From the NCBI GenBank assembly GCA_040390725.1, contig JAZJXT010000006.1, forward strand, positions 64,367-128,366: 64,000 nt of DNA, written 5' to 3'. The DNA comes from Patescibacteria group bacterium (GTDB taxonomy: Bacteria; Patescibacteriota; Minisyncoccia; Phycocordibacterales; UBA9973). This document shows, one piece after another, positions 58,854 through 64,000 of the stretch (the stretch's first letter is position 1; each line of letters opens with the position of its first letter). The position numbers were made by a program, and so were the translations under genes. The notes under the pieces are model-generated. The model did not search any database. It worked only from the letters and a program-made list of their open reading frames with translations, and was not told the origin of the DNA.

Positions 58854-59285
58854 ATGAAAGAAAATAAAATACAAATAAATTTTAAAAAAATATTAAATAA
58901 TGCAGGACTAAAAAACACCCTGCCAAGACTCACCGTGCTGAAAATACTTTCAGAGACAAAACATCCAAAAACAACAAAAGATATATTTAATAAACTTAAG
59001 AAAAATGATATCGACTTAGTTACTTTATACAGAACACTATCTTCTTTTGAAGAAAAGAAAATTATAAAAAGAGTGGATTTACAAAAAGATGCTGTGTATT
59101 ACGAATTAAATACCGACCACCATCATCACATTATATGCACTAATTGCGATAAGGTGGCAGATTTTGTAGATGAAAACCACGAGAAACTTATCACTAAAGC
59201 CTTAGCGCAAGTTAAAAACTTCAAGTCAATAACCAGTCACTCTTTCGACCTATTCGGTATTTGCAATTCTTGCTCAGCAAAGTAA
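58854..59285 (+). CDS. zur: Fur-family regulator (Zur-like)
   Basis: TLYRTL, HHHIICTNC, GICNSC. Confidence 0.85.
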   Translation: MKENKIQINFKKILNNAGLKNTLPRLTVLKILSETKHPKTTKDIFNKLKKNDIDLVTLYRTLSSFEEKKIIKRVDLQKDAVYYELNTDHHHHIICTNCDKVADFVDENHEKLITKALAQVKNFKSITSHSFDLFGICNSCSAK

Positions 59286-59333
59286 AAATATGTGAATTTA
59301 TTTTAATCCTAACTCGCTCGAAATCAATAAAGT

Positions 59334-59528
59334 GTGAGGCAAGACCTCGCACAAATCTTTTGGTGGGACTGGCAAATGACTGGAACAAATACCCATAAAA
59401 TGATAAAATCATTTTATGAATCGAGATTTGCCACAAAATTGAGAAATCTTATAACAAAATACCCAGACAAAATATTTTACTTAGATATAAATGACTGGAA
59501 AATGCGTATTAAGCAAATTGTTCTTTAA
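59334..59528 (+). pseudogene. possible 3' remnant of a toxin/NYN-like gene
   Basis: Short ORF with no clear start, followed by the same convergent promoter-hairpin module as the PemK and NYN genes. Confidence 0.25.
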
Positions 59529-59535
59529 AAAATTA

Positions 59536-59610
59536 ACAAAAGGAAAACGCCGTACAGGCCGGCGTTTTCTAAGGACACTATTAGTATAGCAAGAGGGTAT
59601 TTTTTGTCAA
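59536..59610 (-). ncRNA. candidate small RNA with promoter
   Basis: TTGACA-16-TATACT then 10-bp stem GAAAACGCCG/CGGCGTTTTC plus T-rich tail. Confidence 0.4.
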
Positions 59611-59739
59611 ATTTTTTAAATTCGGGAAAAGCTTATAAAATAAGGATTTTATAAGCTCATGACTTACCGAAAGTTGGTATACTTTATTTTAAAAAAACTA
59701 ATTTGCCCATATTTTGTATTTTTTATATAATTAAAATAT

Positions 59740-60762
59740 ATGGATTTACTTATAAACATATACGGTACGAAAGTTAGTTGCACAAAAGAACGCATTGTAT
59801 TATCTTTTCCAAAAACCAAAGGCATCTCAAGAAAAAAGGAAGAATATCCTATTAGACAAATTGAAAAAATAATTATTATTCGCGCTTCTTCTATCACAAT
59901 GCATGCCGTAAAGTTAGCGCTAGACAATGACGTTGATATATCTTTTTTGGGAAGATTCGGCAAACCGATAGGAAGATTTTTATCGAGCGAGCCGAAAGGT
60001 TTGGCTTCAATACGAAGAGCTCAACTTGAAGTTGCGATTTCTCCTGAACAATCCTTTGATTTCGCAAAATTATTCATAAAAATAAAATGTGAAAACCAAA
60101 TAGCTCAAATGTATAATTGGGCTGGAAAATATGGAAAAAATCTTACAAATGAAATAGGACAAGCAAAAGCGATGCTGGACAACATAGATGGCATTCCGGC
60201 GGGCAAAAAAGACAGAGACCAACTCCGAGGAATAGAAGGACGAATAGCCACACGTTATTTTTCAGCTTTAAGAAAATTTTTTATTTTCCCTGGAAGGAAA
60301 CCGCAAGGCAAAGACAAATTTAATAATGCCGTAAATTATGGATATGGATTTATATATAACGAAATAGAAAAAGCATGCTTTGATGCTGGACTTGATCCGA
60401 GTGTCGGACTTCTTCATGCTGAAGGATACAGTAAATCTTCTTTGGTATATGATCTAATTGAAGAATTTAGGGTGCCTGCTGTTGATTCTGTAATATTCCC
60501 TCTTTTTATGGAACTAAAAATTGACCGCCAAAAATGTTTTGAAAGAGTTAGTAAATATGAATACAGACTTTCCACTGAAGGAAAATCCGTGATAGCTTCT
60601 GCTGTGCTTACTCGGTTAAATGAAAAATTTTTATGGAAAGGTAAAAATTTATTTCTAAAAGATATCATCAAAGAACAATCTCGCTCCATTGCTCGCGCTT
60701 TTTTAGGAAAAGAAATATACACTCCTTTCAAATTTAAACCATTATATTCGCCACTAAGATGA
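59740..60762 (+). CDS. cas1: CRISPR-associated endonuclease Cas1
   Basis: LRGIEG...YF, FN..NYGY, GLDP..G.LH, LVYDLIEEFR (catalytic E/H/D-E present). Confidence 0.92.
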   Translation: MDLLINIYGTKVSCTKERIVLSFPKTKGISRKKEEYPIRQIEKIIIIRASSITMHAVKLALDNDVDISFLGRFGKPIGRFLSSEPKGLASIRRAQLEVAISPEQSFDFAKLFIKIKCENQIAQMYNWAGKYGKNLTNEIGQAKAMLDNIDGIPAGKKDRDQLRGIEGRIATRYFSALRKFFIFPGRKPQGKDKFNNAVNYGYGFIYNEIEKACFDAGLDPSVGLLHAEGYSKSSLVYDLIEEFRVPAVDSVIFPLFMELKIDRQKCFERVSKYEYRLSTEGKSVIASAVLTRLNEKFLWKGKNLFLKDIIKEQSRSIARAFLGKEIYTPFKFKPLYSPLR

Positions 60763-61055
60763 ACAATATTTCTTCTGCAACTCTTATAAGCTGGGAAACT
60801 CGCAACATGAAAAAACATATTAAGGCAATAAGCTATTGTAAAGATTATGGACTGCACCCAATTCTTGGCAATCTTTTTATTGGTAAACTATTAGTAAAAG
60901 AGAGGAAAACAATCCTTACTAATTTAAAAAAAATCTTTACTAAAAAAACTGATAAGGTCTTTTCAGGTGTATTTTGTGAATCATGTTTTAATAACCTTGA
61001 ACAACCCATAAAAAATACAGTTCCTATTTTACCGGCCTTTAAAATAATAAGCTAA
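60759..61055 (+). CDS. cas2: divergent Cas2
   Basis: Overlaps cas1 stop (ATGA); CKDYGL, F.G.L, D.V....CESC; canonical YD replaced by WE. Confidence 0.7.
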   Translation: MNNISSATLISWETRNMKKHIKAISYCKDYGLHPILGNLFIGKLLVKERKTILTNLKKIFTKKTDKVFSGVFCESCFNNLEQPIKNTVPILPAFKIIS

Positions 61056-61242
61056 ATTAGAAAATTATTTTATTTGACAAAATCTACTAAAGTGGAAAAT
61101 AACCTATTATTTCCTGGCTCTTCACTAACCGTGTCGCAAAAAGGATATTGTGTAACCTTACGACGTCTCACCTTACAATATCCGAGACCACAAGGGGGCA
61201 CAAAACCATAAAAGCGGCGACGAGAAATTATTTGTGACTAAA

Positions 61243-61560
61243 TTAAATAGATGGATCTAAGATAGTCGAAGGGTTGCTTAAAATATTTGCTGAGTTTTTT
61301 TCACGCATAGAGAACATGTCCAGAATTTTTTGAATACGTTTTGAGTTGAGCATATCTTTTGAAGCTTGAGTATTTGCGACATCTGCATTTATATCTTTAT
61401 TATTTTGAATAAAAAGATAAAACCCAAAAGAAAATGATGCTATAAATATGGCTAGTAATATATACAAGGCCAAGCGCCAGTTTTGACTCGGGCTTATCTT
61501 GCTCCACCTGCTGTGAGAGAATTTATTTTTTGTTTTAAATAGTTTTATTTTTATATTCAT
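61243..61560 (-). CDS. membrane-anchored hypothetical protein (pilMNO operon distal gene)
   Basis: One TM, ends DPS. Confidence 0.7.
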   Translation of the reverse strand: MNIKIKLFKTKNKFSHSRWSKISPSQNWRLALYILLAIFIASFSFGFYLFIQNNKDINADVANTQASKDMLNSKRIQKILDMFSMREKNSANILSNPSTILDPSI

Positions 61561-61575
61561 ATATTTTTTATTATT

Positions 61576-62121
61576 TTATTTATTTAAAAAAGATATAAGG
61601 GTTACTTTTAAGTTCATAGACCATATTGTACCTCTGGACAATTTTGCTTCCGCATCTGACAAGACCTTTTTCTGCAAATCTAAAAAAGAAAAATCGAATT
61701 CATATGGGGAATTTTCTAAAAGAGCTATCAATTTATGCAAAGATATAAAACTCCCTTCTGCTTTGATTTGTACTTCTAGTCCGGTGCCGTCTTTGCTCAA
61801 ATCAACAGAAGAAAATTCTGCATTAGCGCCGGCTTTTTTGGCTAATGCTTGCAATGTATCTAAAAATGGCACAGGGTCTGAACTATCAGCAAAATGTCCC
61901 GCCAATAAATCTCGCTCATCTTTGATAGCTTTTGCTTCGGAATTCAAAGCACTGATCTTTGCGCGACTATTGTATTCATCTTGTGTTTGCTGATTTAATA
62001 AAATCAAATCTGCATTCTTTGCATTTAAATTGTTAAAAATATAAAAGAACGCTCCTAATGCAATAGCTATAAAAAATACTGCGAGAAATATTTGAAATAT
62101 AATGTTGTTTGGTTTTTTCAT
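61576..62121 (-). CDS. pilO: PilO-like pilus assembly protein
   Basis: TM, coiled coil, GSF....I.LLEN.P. Confidence 0.7.
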   Translation of the reverse strand: MKKPNNIIFQIFLAVFFIAIALGAFFYIFNNLNAKNADLILLNQQTQDEYNSRAKISALNSEAKAIKDERDLLAGHFADSSDPVPFLDTLQALAKKAGANAEFSSVDLSKDGTGLEVQIKAEGSFISLHKLIALLENSPYEFDFSFLDLQKKVLSDAEAKLSRGTIWSMNLKVTLISFLNK

Positions 62122-62122
62122 A

Positions 62123-62662
62123 TTATTTGGCTGTTAAATTTAAATCAAAATTAATATTTTCACCTTTAACAAAATTAGAAATAGGCAGGTCAACACTAGA
62201 AAAATCAGGGTCAGCTTCGAGCATCTGCCTAAACAACAAGAGTCGCTCTCTATTGGGTGCTACGCCGTTTAATTTTATATTTTTTACTCCATCTTTTTTC
62301 TCATAATTAATATCTGTTATTTTTATATCGGGCATTTTTCTAGATATAATTTCATCCACAACTTTATCCAAAATTGAGAAATTATTTTTTTCCGCATTTT
62401 CAATCAAAGAGATTTTCATATTTATGTCTTTGATTGCGCCCATGGTCTCTTTGTCCGGCACCGATACCGGTAAATTTTTCAAACTTTCCAGTTTTGCAGA
62501 TGCGAAATTTTCACCCACAGAAGACATGAAATACGAAGGCAATAATGCAAATAAAGCCATCAAAAAACAAGCCCCTGCTATGTATAAATAAAACACAAAC
62601 ATCCGCACGTGATATTTCGATGCAATGTTTTTCTTTTCTTCAACTGGTAATAAATTAATCAT
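62123..62662 (-). CDS. pilN: PilN-like pilus assembly protein
   Basis: MINLLP start, TM, G.A..R..L..F. Confidence 0.8.
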   Translation of the reverse strand: MINLLPVEEKKNIASKYHVRMFVFYLYIAGACFLMALFALLPSYFMSSVGENFASAKLESLKNLPVSVPDKETMGAIKDINMKISLIENAEKNNFSILDKVVDEIISRKMPDIKITDINYEKKDGVKNIKLNGVAPNRERLLLFRQMLEADPDFSSVDLPISNFVKGENINFDLNLTAK

Positions 62663-63737
62663 ATTTTAAATCCGCCAAAGCGAGCCCTATCGCCGTAGCA
62701 TAACCCATTGATTCTTCAAATGATATCTCGGGTATATAATCTGCTGGAAGAGCAACATTACTCCACACATCCGCCAATTCAACCTTTTGATGCATACCTA
62801 TGGAAAGATACTCAGAAAATCCAGCCAAATTCGCACCCCTTCCGCATAAAATTATTTTTTTAATAGGAGGCCTTTCTTTCCCGTCTTCCCCCCTGGTGGT
62901 GTGCCAATATATAAAGTGTTTATTTATTTCATCACGCAAAATAGAAACACCATTTAAAAGAGTTGAAAATACTTCTTGATTTTCAGTATTGCGTGTAAGC
63001 CCGTATTTTATTTTCATTTTTTCCGCCTCGGTAAAAGTAACTTTAAAATTCTTTTCAATTAATTTAGTCAACATTTCTCCACCGGTATCGAGAGTCGAAG
63101 TAAAAACAACTATCCCCCTACTTATTATGGCTATACCGGTACGATTATTACCACAATCCAAGATCATGTATGCATCCATGTCACCCTCCTTTACTACAGC
63201 ACGAGCCAGTGCCTGCGCTTCAAGCTCGAAAGACGGCACCACCAACCCGCAATCTTTAAAAATATATAAATAACTTTCTATGACTGATTTTTGAATCGCC
63301 GCGACTTCAACTTCAAAATTTTGTTCGTCTTCTTGCAATAACTCATAATCAAAAACAACTTCTGCTGGTGGTATAGGCACATACTCTTCCAGAGAGAGCT
63401 CGATCATCTCACGGATATTCCCCGCCCCCTCTCTTGGTACTTTTAATTTAAAAAGATATATTTGTTCTTCCGGCAAAGAAACCCTAACAGAGCTGATACC
63501 TTCTTCTTTGGAAAGCGACAAAAGAATATCTTTCAAATGTTTCGGTTCAGCTATTTTGCCTGATTCGATAATACCTGATGGAATACTTCTTTCCCCGAAA
63601 CGTCCCAAACGCACACCATCACGCGTCTCTAAAAATTCCAAAAATTTAATTGATACATCAGAAATATCAAGCCCGAAAGAAGGCTTGGAAAGATATTTCG
63701 GTGTAGGGAAAAATTTATTATGCATCTTATGCGACAT
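62655..63737 (-). CDS. pilM: type IV pilus assembly protein PilM
   Basis: GLDISD.SIK, actin-like fold, AIGLAL; start set at MSHKM. Confidence 0.9.
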   Translation of the reverse strand: MSHKMHNKFFPTPKYLSKPSFGLDISDVSIKFLEFLETRDGVRLGRFGERSIPSGIIESGKIAEPKHLKDILLSLSKEEGISSVRVSLPEEQIYLFKLKVPREGAGNIREMIELSLEEYVPIPPAEVVFDYELLQEDEQNFEVEVAAIQKSVIESYLYIFKDCGLVVPSFELEAQALARAVVKEGDMDAYMILDCGNNRTGIAIISRGIVVFTSTLDTGGEMLTKLIEKNFKVTFTEAEKMKIKYGLTRNTENQEVFSTLLNGVSILRDEINKHFIYWHTTRGEDGKERPPIKKIILCGRGANLAGFSEYLSIGMHQKVELADVWSNVALPADYIPEISFEESMGYATAIGLALADLKYD

Positions 63738-63744
63738 GTATATA

Positions 63745-64000
63745 TTATACCTTATTTCTCCTAAAAAATGCCAGGACAAGCGGGGTAAAGGAAATAATTA
63801 TCATTAAAAGAATTATTGGCAAAATATATTGATCTATATTATTAAAACGAGTACCCAAAAAATACCCTGACAATGTCATTATGCCCGTCCAAAAAAATCC
63901 ACCAAAAATATTATAAAAAAAGAAAGTTTTATATTCCATATTGCCTGCTCCTGCAAAAATAGGTGCAAAAGTACGCACTATCGGCACGAAGCGCGCCAAG
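63745..64000 (-). CDS. DedA family protein (C-terminal part)
   Basis: ARFVPIVRTFAP..AG...M.Y..F..YN..GG..W. Confidence 0.9.
   Translation of the reverse strand, partial: LARFVPIVRTFAPIFAGAGNMEYKTFFFYNIFGGFFWTGIMTLSGYFLGTRFNNIDQYILPIILLMIIISFTPLVLAFFRRNKV

Noticed and set aside
59286-59740. CRISPR array upstream of cas1 (AAATGACTGGAA occurs twice, ~59373 and ~59489)
   Set aside because: Only two 12-bp copies 116 bp apart; no regular repeat-spacer periodicity.

Overview
AT-rich 64-kb bacterial chromosome segment, genetic code 11. It is inferred to come from a Patescibacteria/CPR (Parcubacteria, Nomurabacteria-like) genome, based on rplK not being followed by rplA, tandem ~570-aa Cys-rich proteins, extensive type IV pilus genes and near-leaderless promoters. 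Contents in order: folP (partial), rplK, nusG, secE; murB; a CsoR-controlled copper cluster (cupredoxin, csoR, CopB-type ATPase, multicopper oxidase, nirK); a YhhQ/Vut_1-transporter::histidine kinase fusion with a receiver protein; a ~7.56-kb serine-recombinase element integrated at tRNA-His; an mgtA-like ATPase, vanW, tRNA-Leu and rplS; three tandem Cys-rich paralogs around hicBA; a pilus/pseudopilin locus interleaved with orphan toxin-like genes; two tRNAs; znuACB-zur; an orphan cas1-cas2 pair; and pilMNO. Most notable: (1) a pilus-tip vWA adhesin whose nested domains are split across two genes and could be re-fused in frame by recombination between a duplicated domain; (2) an integrase whose attachment site lies inside its own 3' end, so its C-terminus would swap on excision; (3) orphan PemK/NYN RNase genes each paired with a convergent promoter plus a structured small RNA; (4) the queuosine-precursor-transporter sensor kinase; (5) a SAM-I-like riboswitch inside the mobile element; (6) cas1-cas2 with no array or effector. 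All calls come from reading motifs by eye; no database searches were run.
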